From Octopus sinensis (Eukaryota), in NCBI RefSeq assembly GCF_006345805.1, contig NC_043018.1:16864001-16928000 (forward strand): DNA of 64,000 nucleotides, given 5' to 3'. Positions 1 to 11,882 of the stretch are shown here, one piece after another. Below the pieces are notes generated by a model. It worked only from the letters and a program-made list of their open reading frames with translations, ran no database searches and was not told the origin of the DNA. The position numbers and the translations under genes are program-made. Numbering within the stretch: position 1 is the stretch's first letter; every line of letters starts with the position of its first letter.

Positions 1-15
1 TATTATTCTTTCTGG

Positions 16-80
16 TATTCTGTGCCTTTCTCTTAGTCTATATTCTGTGCCTTTCTCTTAGTCTCTTAGTCTATATTCTG
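16..80. repeat. Short local tandem duplication (25-bp unit x2 plus partial)
   Basis: tattctgtgcctttctcttagtcta at 16-40 repeats from 41, then partial cttagtctatattctg. Confidence 0.8.
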
Positions 81-399
81 GCTGTGTATATATTTGGTGA
101 CGCTTATGCATCTCAGGGTTAAAAAAATTTGTCAAAGCATACAATATGTGACGATGGCATCCCTACAACACCTTCAATATTAGCAAAGTTCCTAACATTT
201 AATTATCTCGCGAGGAAATTAAAATCTTACAGAAATTGTTCGCAATATTAAGTTTCCTACCTCTTTGATTTTATTAACCAAGATAAAATTGATTGGTTAT
301 TCTGTGGTGTAAAACACGTTTCTCGAGAAAATAGCAACTAATTTCGTGCAATAGTGATAATATAATTTTTGCTTCTTTTCTTCCTTTTAAGATTCTGAA

Positions 400-830
400 T
401 ACTCTTTTACGCTTTTACTCTTTTACTCTTTTACTTGTTTCAGTCATTTGACTGCGGCCATGCTGGAGCACCGCCTTTAGTCGAGCAAATCGATCCCGGG
501 ACTTATTCTTTGTAAGCCCAGTACTTATTCTATCGGTCTCTTTTTACCGAACCGCAAAGTGACGGGGACGTAAACACACCAGCATCGGTTGTCAAGCAAT
601 GCTAGGGGGACAAACACAGACACAAACATATACACACACACTTATATATATATATACATATATACGACAGGCTTCTTTCAGTTTCCGTTTACCAAATCCA
701 CTCACAAGGCATTGGTAGGCCCGGGGCTATAGCAGAAGATACTTGCCCAAGATGCCACGCAGTGGGACTGAACCCGGAACCATGTGGTTGGTTAGCAAGC
801 TACTTACCACACAGCCACTCCTGCCCCTAT
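400..830 (-). mobile_element. tRNA-derived SINE family A, full length
   Basis: Minus strand: A-box-like TGGCTGTGTGG, B-box-like GGTTCAGTCCC, core-like CTTGGGCAAGT, internal (TA)/(TG) tract, 3' stem-loop CAGTC-AAAT-GACTG and (TAAAAGAG)n tail; six near-identical copies in the window. Confidence 0.9.
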
Positions 831-1000
831 GCCTCTCCTGAAAGTGGGATTTTTTTTCTCACACGCTTAATACCATTATATATATACATATACATACACA
901 CACACGAGTAATCACATAAACGTAAAACAAGGTGGCAAAAATAGTACTCGAAGATATGATAATATTTTTTTTTATTAAACCTGCAAAAAACATCAGAAAA

Positions 1001-1506
1001 ACTGGTACTTATTTAATCAACCACGAAAGGATGAAAGGCAAAGTCGACCTCGGTGGAATTTGAACTCAGAACATAACGACAGACGAAATACCTATTTCTT
1101 TACTACCCACAAGGGGCTAAACACAGAGGGGACAAACAAGGACAGACATAGGTATTAAATCGATTACATCGACCCCAGTCCGTAACTGGTACTTAATTTA
1201 TCGACCCCGAAACGATGAAAGGCAAAGTCGACCTCGGTGGAATTTGAACTCAGAACGTGACGACAGACGAAATACCTATTTCTTTACTACCCACAAGGGG
1301 CTAAACACAGAGGGGACAAACAAGGACAGACATAGGTATTAAATCGATTACATCGACCCCAGTCCGTAACTGGTACTTAATTTATCGACCCCGAAAGGAT
1401 GAAAGGCAAAGTCGACCTCGGCGGAATTTGAACTCACAACGTAACGCAGACGAAATACTGCTAAGCATTTCGCCCGGCATGCTAACGTTTCTGCCAGTTC
1501 GCTGCC
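1001..1506 (-). mobile_element. SINE family B, head-to-tail multimer (one headed unit plus about 1.5 internal units)
   Basis: gacgaaatac recurs at 1082, 1266, 1449 (period 184/183 bp); tRNA-like head GGCAGCGAACTGGCAGAAACGTTAG with GAGTTCAAATTCC B-box-like motif. Confidence 0.9.
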
Positions 1507-1705
1507 TTTCAAATAAACGCGCCCTTTTAAAGCTTAGCCAGGTTCATGAGGGCCGGTTCCCCGGTTTCAATTGCGTATGTGTTCCCCAGCTACCTATCAT
1601 TTCATCTGCCTTTACACCCATATCTTTCGCAGTATATTGCTGCAGGTCTTCATCGCTTTTTATCAAATACCCGGCAAGCGTTCTCCTTTCACTCCTTATA
1701 CAATA

Positions 1706-1729
1706 TCATTATTATTATTATTATTATTA

Positions 1730-1766
<37 letters not shown>
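1706..1766. repeat. (ATT)n microsatellite
   Basis: Direct read. Confidence 0.95.
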
Positions 1767-2320
1767 GAGTGAGAGAGCAGTGCATGCCATCAAAGTGACA
1801 CTGGGGTAAAATATACGAAGCCCAATATACCCATCATGACTACCCGTCACATAAGGGTACACTAAGCACGTGCATCACATTAATATGTGCTCGACATGGT
1901 GATCTCATATCAAGATAAACAGCACATGATCTTGTAGGTGGGGCCCAGTTAGAATTTTCTTCTGGTCGAGTAACCCATCCTGCTCAAAAGGTCCCTGAGT
2001 AAGGGTTGTTTAAGGATGTTGAACGAAACACCCATGTTTCCAGAGGTGAATTATTCAAACCGCAAAGAAACCCTCTCAACACATGACTATGATGCTCCCC
2101 CACTACTTCACCTAGTGATCAGAGATGCACATATTGTCAGCCACCAAGGGACATGGTCAATTGGTTAAGGTCAAACAACTGACAAGCAAATCTGTGGTAT
2201 TGAGTAGAATATTTGCTGTAGCCCATCTTTTATGCCAAGACAAAACAATGTACATAATAACACTTCCAATCAGTTAAGATCAGAAGCGATGAGAGCCACT
2301 GCCTGGTACTGCATCGGGGT
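1767..2320. mobile_element. Unclassified 554-bp element embedded in (ATT)n, probable interspersed repeat
   Basis: Complex sequence with sharp edges flanked on both sides by (ATT)n; no ORF. Confidence 0.45.
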
Positions 2321-2321
2321 A

Positions 2322-2587
<266 letters not shown>

Positions 2588-3036
2588 TAGACTCTGTTCT
2601 ATCCAATTTAGTTCTTCGACAGAAAAGTTTACGACTGGAAATTTTATAATATTGCCTTGTTTCCTTCAACGGAGACACCAAACTTCCCCCGATCGCTTAA
2701 AACTATTTCTTAGATGTCTTCACTGAATAAAACCATTCCGTTTACGAATCGCAGTTGTTATGGGATTTCTTGCTATTGTCCAGCAACAATTTGCTTGCTT
2801 CATGTGTATGTTTTTTTTATATATATCTGCGTGTCTGTGTGATTGCCTGGTTGTGTCTGTGTGATATCGTGGTTGTATATGTATGTATGGGTATTATGAT
2901 ATGTGTGTATGTGTGTGCGCACGCATGTGTGTATGCTCAAACCAGTTTGAAGGTGAAGCTTTATATCGCATTGCAACGGTTTCTCTTCCGCTTCTCAAAT
3001 CATTTTTTAATATCTTTCATCATCATCATATATATC

Positions 3037-3070
<34 letters not shown>

Positions 3071-3156
3071 GGTGAAATCAATTAATTTGGAGTAATCATT
3101 AATTTCACCAAGTAGATTTCGGCATGTAAAAGCCCCATTCGAGGAAGGTTTAAGTA

Positions 3157-3361
3157 ATACTAAGTAATTAAGGGTTTAGCAACGATTTGCCTCACCACAC
3201 ACCGAATTTAGAAATAGCAGTCAAAGTGTTATGGCTATTCTTTCTACTTAAAAGGAGATCTCTCTTTTAAGTAGAAAGAATAGCCATAACTCTTTGACTG
3301 CTATTTCTAAATTCGGTGTGTGGTGAGGCAAATCGTTGCTAAACCCTTAATTACTTAGTAT
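3157..3361. repeat. Near-perfect 205-bp palindrome (98-bp arms, 9-bp spacer)
   Basis: Arms 3157-3254 and 3264-3361 are reverse complements with one mismatch (caaagtgttatgg vs caaagagttatgg). Confidence 0.95.
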
Positions 3362-3371
3362 ATATATAATA

Positions 3372-3405
<34 letters not shown>

Positions 3406-3941
3406 GGGTAATAAGAAATTATTATTACCAGTGGCCTAGCACAAAAACGAATTAGTCATTAGACTATATATTATTCACATAGAAATACAATAAGAGAGGC
3501 TTATTGGGAAATAACTGAGATGGTAAACGTTTTTAATTTTCATTCATTTCGAAAATGTATCCTCATTTGGTGGTTTTGAATTTTCTACTGCTCTTTCTAG
3601 CACAAGGCTTTCCTATTTGGAAGCCTCTTATTGTAAATAATATATATATATATATACATCACATATAAAATACACACATATACATATGGAAGGATGTTTG
3701 CATATATGACTGCTAAAATATGCATTTATAACTATAAATGCTTTGAATATTTCTGGAACCACAACCCCGTAAATTATAAAAACAGAATAGGTTGATGGTT
3801 TGTAATTTCACCTGGTATTTCAAAATATCAGGTTAGAACATTTTCTTTTTTCATGAAATTTACGAAGAAAAAGTGTCGATATGTAATATCGCTGCTCTGT
3901 AGTGCCCCGCCAACGCCGTCCATTGATTCACTGCATATCAC

Positions 3942-3992
<51 letters not shown>

Positions 3993-4248
3993 TCCGCCCA
4001 GACATAGTGATTCTCTCAAATTCCACAAAACAGGTGAGCATGCGGGAAGTGACTGTACAGTGGAAGCTACACATAAAAGGAAGCTCGTGTGATGAAGCTT
4101 GCCAAAACTTTAATTTCCTAATATATTTCCATTTTCAAATATCGAAAAGTACGAAAGAAACAATTGAATACGCTAAAATTGTTATACACACCTCACGCAC
4201 ACATATATACATACATACACCTATACATATATATGTACATACATGCGT

Positions 4249-4282
<34 letters not shown>

Positions 4283-4942
4283 GTATATATATATGTATAT
4301 ATATATATATGTATATATATATAAAACACACACACACACCTATAGTTAAATTTGTACACAAGTTCTCATATATGATATAAATGGATTAATAATTTAATCG
4401 CTTCTGATGTTAAGGGAACCATTTTCTTTTTTCCTTCTTTTTCAGAATGCTGGATGTTAATCCTTCTTATCGACTTAGGGTTAACTTATCTCGTTTCGCT
4501 TTTAATAATATCGAAATGATAAATTGATTTTTCGAATTTACTTTTTAATCTTTTCCTCTAAGATTTCTTCTTTCGTATCAGTTAAGACAGGGAAGACAAT
4601 AGCCAAACCCCCACCCACGAAACGTCCTCAACATGTAACAACCCGGGCCACTCTCCACACCCACTCTCTCCACACTCTCCACACTCTCCATAATATCATT
4701 GGTCGACCTGTTTCATCTTTTCAACAGAATCATGTTTTGTTTCTTTAATCTTACTTTACGGTAGAAATGTTTAGCTTCAGTGAAACAGACATGAAAGGCA
4801 ACCGTAATCAAATCGTTTTTGCAATAATTACCGAACACTGAAACGCTCTCCATGCTTACACAATGAACAGACAAGTCATCAGTTATCTCTCTTGGTATCA
4901 CTCTCTCTCTTTCTAAAACGCGCGCACAGACACATAAAGGCC

Positions 4943-4983
<41 letters not shown>

Positions 4984-5191
4984 GTGTATATTTATATATT
5001 TATATAAATATATGTATATTTGAATGTATGTATGCATATATATATATTATATATATATATATATATATATTTATTGTTATATTTCGGAATGGTCATTTTG
5101 CCAGTTTAGCCAATAAAAACACACGCACTATATATTGGTGTTACTTTGCTTCAGTGTTATTTATTTTCTATATTAATCTTAATCTTATTTC

Positions 5192-5236
5192 GGCTAGAGT
5201 TCTTTCGTCACACTCCTGTGACCGCATCAGTGGTCC
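5192..5236 (-). ncRNA. Minimal type-I hammerhead-like motif (left-arm copy)
   Basis: GGACCA-CTGATGC-G-GTCAC-AGGAGT-GTGAC-GAAAG-AA-CTC-TAGCC; A9 is C, and stem I has one extra mismatch relative to the right-arm copy. Confidence 0.45.
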
Positions 5237-5455
5237 TTTGTTTTCTTCTCACTTATTTGTGTCTCTCCTTATAACCGTCAGCCATTTTGTATTTCTATTG
5301 TATGTCTTCATTTGCGCATGCTTATATCTCTATGTGCGTTTATGTTATTTAGTGTGTGTATGTGGGGGATGCTTGTATATTTGTATCTTCTGTTTATATA
5401 TGTTCATGTAATTTGTATTTTGTATTTGTATAAATAAGTGAAGAAGAAAAACAAA

Positions 5456-5500
5456 GGACCACTGATGCGGTCACAGGAGTGTGACGAAAGAACTCTGGCC
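5456..5500 (+). ncRNA. Minimal type-I hammerhead-like motif (right-arm copy)
   Basis: GGACCA-CTGATGC-G-GTCAC-AGGAGT-GTGAC-GAAAG-AA-CTC-TGGCC: 5-bp stem II, 2-bp stem III, CUC cleavage triplet, stem I with one bulge; core deviates at A9. Confidence 0.55.
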
Positions 5501-5672
5501 GAAATAAGATTAAGATTAATGTAAAAAATAAATAACACTGAAGCAAAGTAACACCAAATATATAGTGCGTGTGTTTTTATTGGCTAAACTGGCAAAATGA
5601 CCATTCCGAAATATAACAATATCTGTTTCAACACACGACCTCACATAAAAAATCTTGCACAACAAATATTTA

Positions 5673-5708
<36 letters not shown>

Positions 5709-5881
5709 CATACATATATATAGTGACGTATATTTACCATTTAAATATGGCTAACCCTAAGGGTGGATGCTACTGTAGTTTGTAGCCCCTGGAGGACACC
5801 TCCTCCAGATGGCTATAGACACACTTTCTGTGCCCCATTAGTATTTTCAAAGGGAAGCCATCCTTCCTGTCTCCAACTTAT

Positions 5882-5936
5882 GATACACACGGACTCGAGT
5901 TTCTGGGTATTGACCCGTCATCGGCGTGTGACTATC
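5882..5936 (-). ncRNA. Type-I hammerhead ribozyme-like motif, nearly intact
   Basis: GATA-GT-CACACG-CCGATGA-C-GGGT-CAAT-ACCC-A-GAAAC-TCGA-GTC-CGTGTG-TATC: 6+4-bp stem I, stem II, palindromic stem III, GUC site; deviations are U4C and a C.A closing pair in stem II. Confidence 0.7.
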
Positions 5937-6030
5937 AAAGTTGTCGATGAAAAGTAGGTTCCCTTCACAAATACATATACTTTTTCCAGTATCGTAAAGA
6001 CACTGATATCGAAAAAGTGCAAACAAGCAA

Positions 6031-6105
<75 letters not shown>

Positions 6106-7027
6106 GCGCACACACACTAATAGATGTTTATGAATATATATGTGTGCGTGTGTATGTGTACTGTTGTGCTCTTGGTTGAATTCATGAGAGAATAACTTCT
6201 GAACACATGTAAAAGATTTTATTCATTGCCTTGAAGATTTACTTCACACTTGTGCCACTTTGAATTTCTATAAACTTCACGCTCTAAAGAACTTACCAGC
6301 ATACAGGTGCATACAAGTATACAAGAGCACATCAAATACATCCACCCTACGATGGCCCTAAAACTCAAGACAGAACCAGAAATTTGCCTTACATCCTACA
6401 AGGAACCACACATATTATGCAACACTTAGTCATCCTAATCACAAAATAACTTCCCATAATTTTATCATCAGTTCTCTCGTAACATGTCCTAATCTAGCAC
6501 TCTAAATCTCATCGATTTCCACTCACAGTCTTAAATAGATAAAAGGGGACCCTCATAAAGTAACTCCCAAACTAGAACGTACAGCCTTAGAAACCAGCTA
6601 AATTTTTGCATCGGCGATAATGAAGCATCAAACACAGTAAATATCACTAATATCGCCATCCAGTCTTCAGATTCACAATGCATTCGCTGAACATCAAAGT
6701 ATTTCAATGTCCGCCGTAACCATCACTTATACCTTCTTGAAATCAATTTGCAGCAGATATGTCACAAACTTCTCTAATTATATTTGAAAGACTTCTATAT
6801 TCCCAATTCCATCACATGGAATAAGAGAAGGAATCTTTACACTCAATGCACGAAATTCTGTTTTATAAACATTCCTGATAACACAAAATATTCTTTAAAC
6901 CACCGAGTCTATTTATTCTGCAGACACAGAAGATTCCGTCTCCAGAAATATCAGATACACCACTAAAGCACAATTCTGAAAGCACAATCAACCACTTCAA
7001 GCGACTACATGAGTCCAAGATCATACC

Positions 7028-7261
7028 TATTTCTTTATTACCCACAAGGGGGCTAAACACAGAGAGGACAAACAAGGACAGACATAGGTATTAAGTCGAT
7101 TACATCGACCCCAGTGCGTAACTGGTACTTAATTAATCGACCCCGAAAGGATGAAAGGAAAAGTCGACCTCGGCGGAATTTGAACTCAGAACGTAACGGC
7201 AGAGGAAATACGGCTACGCAATTCGTCCGACGTGCTAACGTTTCTGCCAGCTCGCCGCCTT
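7028..7261 (-). mobile_element. SINE family B with 16-bp TSD
   Basis: Full head and tail; agtc(c/g)aagatcatacc at 7012-7027 and 7262-7277. Confidence 0.9.
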
Positions 7262-7440
7262 AGTCGAAGATCATACCACAGCCCAATGACCGCCCATGGA
7301 GTTATCCACTGATACCTGTCCAACTATGTGTGTAAAAATACCGATGTATATGTATTGCTTTCGTCAAATGTATATGGAAGTATTTACACGCATTTCCACA
7401 TGCTTCTCTCCTGCTTACATGTATCAATTGCATGTTTCGC

Positions 7441-9287
7441 GGCTACTCAACTCGGATTACATGTCTACGTTTATGCATAGAATTATTAGGGTACTAGGAT
7501 TTGTAACAAACTGTTGAATTATCACTCCTGAGACAGATTTGACTTCTCGAAACCAGAAAGGACAAAGCTATTTAGAAACTCACGGTTATAAATCATCAAT
7601 GGAATTGTCAAATTTAGTAAAACTATCGGAAAAAATTATTGCATTTAAGTATGCATGCAACTCTATATGCATGAGAAAATAATCATAAGGCAAACTATAG
7701 AAATCTGTAGATGCACCGACTCAACTATTGCATATATATACATAAACATGCACAAATGCCTTGATGATATTTTTTATATTCCGGTAAAGCAGTCTTGGAT
7801 CTAAGTTAGCAAGAAAAATATATATACACACTCACGTACACGCACACGCACACACATACACATGCGCGCGCACACACACTCACACACAATGTAAGACCAA
7901 TATCATGTAACAATGTAAGACCAATATCATACGCTTGACTTGTCTACTTTTTATCGCGTGGATCAATGTGATGAAGGTTTAACGATGGCTCAGTTTCAAA
8001 GAATATTCTACATAAACCCAGAATCTGGTAAAGGAAGAGGAGGATTTTAATCTTGTCCATCATTTTTACAATTATGTCTTTCTTTATTACTCACAAGGGG
8101 CTAAACATAGAGGGGACAAACAAGGACAGACAAACGGATTAAGTCGATTACATCGACCCCAGTGCGTAACGGGTACTTAATTTATCGACCCCGAAACGAT
8201 GAAAGACAATGTCGACCTCGGCGGAATTTGAATTCAGAACGTCACGGCGGACGAAATACAACTACGCATTTCGCCAGGCGTGCTAACGGTTCTGCCAGCT
8301 CGCCGCCCTTTTAATGTAATTCTAACAATAATACTCATCGTATTCCGTATTTTACTGGTTCCCCTTTCTTAACGGCTGAAATGATATTCAGGTTGTGTAT
8401 ATTTTGTTATATAAGTATATCTATATACATATAATTGCTTTCATCTCATGATCCGGTTTGTTGCAAAGTGTAAGTAAACACAACACAGGTTCAACGGTGT
8501 GTGAAAGGGGCATGCTCTAATTGGTAGATATTTCTATCAAAAGATATAAACGATACATTAAGGGTTTTTTAAACTAGTTTAGACTCAGTGAAACGATGAA
8601 AAAATTTATGTGAAGAATAAAAGGTTTTAGTAAAGAAATGTCATAACATGTGCTTCCCTCTGTGTTTGTGTGTGTTGAATCGTTTCAAATGAATACTATA
8701 GGGGCAATGGTCTATTGAAGCGTAAGACACAATTCATGATCTGAGTTTCAATAAACTATACCTACACGTATAAACAGCACACACACACACGCACGCACAC
8801 GCACACACACACACACACACACCACACACACACACACACACACATACTTACACACACATATGCATGCCAATGACGTGAATTCGTTTACGGTTGATTTCGA
8901 CTTGCCAGTTTGGAGTCCAGATACGATGGTTTGCCGAAGCGTCTGTACAATGAGTCACGTAGCATCAGGCAATGAAATTGAAACGAACTGCCACAGACAA
9001 CGAACTGGTCCCTAGTGGTCCCTTCTTAGAAATCTTCTTGGCAATTCTCCATTTTGGCCAATTGAAATTTTATTTCCACCATTTTGCTCAGTCGTTGGAG
9101 TGTCGAGATCGAATTTAGTCCTGTTCTGTTTGGGATCTCCTCTTTGATTTTATCTCATTTTGATTCTATCAAAAATGATACCACTTTTTTAAATATATTT
9201 CAATGAAAATAAAATTTCATTAAAAACTATCGCCTTTAATTATGCTTGAACATCACCTTTGCTCAGAACCCACAGATTTCTCACCCT
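7441..9287 (+). repeat. Tandem segmental duplication, copy 1 (contains a SINE-B insertion)
   Basis: Collinear with 9540-11117 from ggctactcaactc to atttctc, with scattered substitutions and small indels. Confidence 0.9.
8078..8307 (-). mobile_element. SINE family B inserted in duplication copy 1 only
   Basis: Absent from the paralogous position near 10170 (acaattatgt-tttatgtcattc). Confidence 0.9.
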
Positions 9288-9539
9288 GAATAAGCTTCAG
9301 GCCAAAGAACTAAGAACCTAAAGTAGAAGCCATAGCAACTCATAATATGAAAGCGTACAGGTGGAATGTCTCAGTGAAAACCCATATAAAATGTAAACGT
9401 AACAGACCAGACTTAGTGATTGGGACATAGAAGAGAAACTAAATAGAGTAGTGGAAATCTGTACCCTTGCGGATATCAGTATAAGATAAAGATCAACGAA
9501 AAATATAAAAGGCCTGAATTGAAGTACTGAGAAATTAAT

Positions 9540-10519
9540 GGCTACTCAACTCTGATGACACGTCTACGTTAATGCATGTAATTATTAGGGTTTGTAACAA
9601 ACTATCGAATCACCATTCCTGAGAGAGGTTAGACTTCTCGAAACAAGAAAGGACGAAGCTGCTTAGAAACTCACAGTTATAAGTCATCAATGGAACTGTC
9701 AAATTTAGTAAAACTATCAAAGAAATTATTGCATTTAAGTATGCATGCAACTCTATATGCATGAGTAAATAAGCATAAAGCAAACTGTAGAAATCTGTAG
9801 ATGCACTGATTCTACTATTGCATATATATACACAAACATGCACAAATACGTTGATGATGTTTCTAAAATTCCGGTGAAGCAGTCTTGGATCTAAGTTAGA
9901 AACAGCTCTTTCTCTAGTAGCGAGAGAGAAATATATATATATACACACACACGCACGTGCACACACACGCAAACACATACACATGAGCACACACACACAC
10001 TCACACACAATGTAAGACCAATATCATACGCTTGACTTGTAGAATTTTTTATCACGTGGATCAATGTGATGGAGGTTTAACGATGACTCAATTCCGAAGA
10101 ATATTCTACATAAACCCAGAATCTGGTAAAGGAGAGGAGGATTTTAATCTTGTCCATCATTTCTACAATTATGTTTTATGTCATTCTAGCAATAATACTC
10201 ATCGTATTTCGTATTTTACTGGTTCCCTTTCTTAACGGCTGAAATGATATTCAGGTTGTGTATATTTTGTTATATAAATATATATATAATTGATTTCATT
10301 TCATGATCCGGTTTGTTGCAAAGTATATGTAAGCTCAACAGGTTCAACGGTGTGTGGAAGAGGCATGCTCTAGTTGGTAGATGTTTCTATCAAAGGATAT
10401 AAGCGATATATTGACAATAGCCGGTGGACTTTTAACTAGTTTAGACTCAGTGAAACGATAAACGAATTTGTCTGAAGGATAAAAGGTTTTAGTGAAGAAA
10501 TGTCATAACATGTGCTTCC

Positions 10520-10562
<43 letters not shown>

Positions 10563-11117
10563 GAATCGTTTCGAATGAATGCTATAGGGGAAATGGTCTA
10601 TTGAAGCGTAAGACTCAATTTATGACCTGAGTTTCAATAAACTATACCTACACCTATACACAGCACCCCCCACCACACACACACATACACACACGTATAC
10701 AGGCCAATGACGTGAATTCTTTTACGGTTGATTTCGACTTACCAGTTTGGAGTCCAGATACGATGGTTTGCCGAAGCGTCTGGACAATGAGTCAGGAAGC
10801 AGCATCAGGGAATGAAATTGAAACGAACTGCCGCAGACAACGAACTGGTCCCTTCTTAAAAATCTTCTTGGCAATTCTCCATTTTGGCCAGTTGAAATTT
10901 TATTTCCACCATTTTACTTCGTCGTTGGGGTGTCGAGATCGAATTTAGTCTTGTTCTGTTTGGGATCTCCTCTTTGATTTTATCTCATTTTGATTCTATC
11001 AAAAAATGATACCACTTGCTAAAATATATTTTAATTAAAAAGACACTTTATTTAAATCTATCGCCTTTAATTATGCTTGAACATCATCTCTGCTCACAAC
11101 CGACAAATTTCTCCTCT
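9540..11117 (+). repeat. Tandem segmental duplication, copy 2
   Basis: See copy 1. Confidence 0.9.
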
Positions 11118-11850
11118 CTCTGCCTTTCAGGGAATCAATGGTTGCCTGACCGTCTCTTTTCCTCTCTAGTTACCATGTTTCCATTGAGATCACTTCTATC
11201 TATTTTTCTTACTCCTATCATTAAACTCATTTTCACTTCCACTCTTTCTCACTTCTCAGTACCAGTCACAAACAATCAAACTCCCATCAAACGATCACAA
11301 GTAATCAATATATATTCACGGTTCATAATTGTACAAAAATCGATGTTCAATATTTATTTCGATATTCATTTCCATTTTATAAAATAATTTCTCTGTTTAT
11401 TCAGATTTCTCTTTCTTTGAATTAAAACATATTTCCGTAATAACTTCGTTTATTTTCAATGTGTTAACATTCTAAATAATTTTATAGTATCTTTCGATTC
11501 TTTAAAAATTTTGGAAGTTCCTTCATTACTAATTTTTCTTTCTTTCTTTTACAACTTTGGTAATGATTACCAAAAGGAACACAAATGCCATTTGCTGGAG
11601 GGTGACCGCTACGCACTTATGGATCACCAGAAACAGGTCGAGTCGTTGTGGTGGTCAAGATGAATTAAAAGCACGAAAATTGAAAAATTTTCGGAGAAAG
11701 GCGAAGCTGCACAACTAAATGCGTAACGAGTATTAAATTTACAATTTACATCCCTGTACATGTTTGCGAAGATAAAGTTTAAAAAATAAAAATAATTATC
11801 TGTAAACAATTAACATTGTTGAGTGTTTTTATATATACATTTTGCTGAAC

Positions 11851-11882
<32 letters not shown>

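Larger units (their letters stand above)
5072..5621. mobile_element. Inverted repeat (~188-bp arms, 173-bp spacer) carrying a hammerhead-like motif in each arm; Penelope-like pLTR architecture
   Basis: Arms 5072-5258 and 5432-5621 are reverse complements with few differences; left edge abuts (TA)n. Confidence 0.75.

Noticed and set aside
1001-1506. CRISPR-like or retrozyme interpretation of the 184-bp tandem units
   Set aside because: No unique spacers and eukaryotic context; no hammerhead core found on either strand of the unit
3100-3150. Hammerhead-like remnant beside the palindrome (CGAATGG-GGC..GCC-GAAA, minus strand)
   Set aside because: Three core mismatches and no stems I or III
8915-8960. 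RYDGLPKRLYNE and QIRWF resembling RTE C-terminal motifs
   Set aside because: The two motifs overlap in different frames with wrong spacing; likely chance
10032-10235. Plus-strand ORF with EF-hand-like look (VDQCDGGLTMTQFRRIF)
   Set aside because: Loop residues do not fit the EF-hand pattern, changes versus copy 1 are mostly non-synonymous, and copy 1 lacks the acceptor
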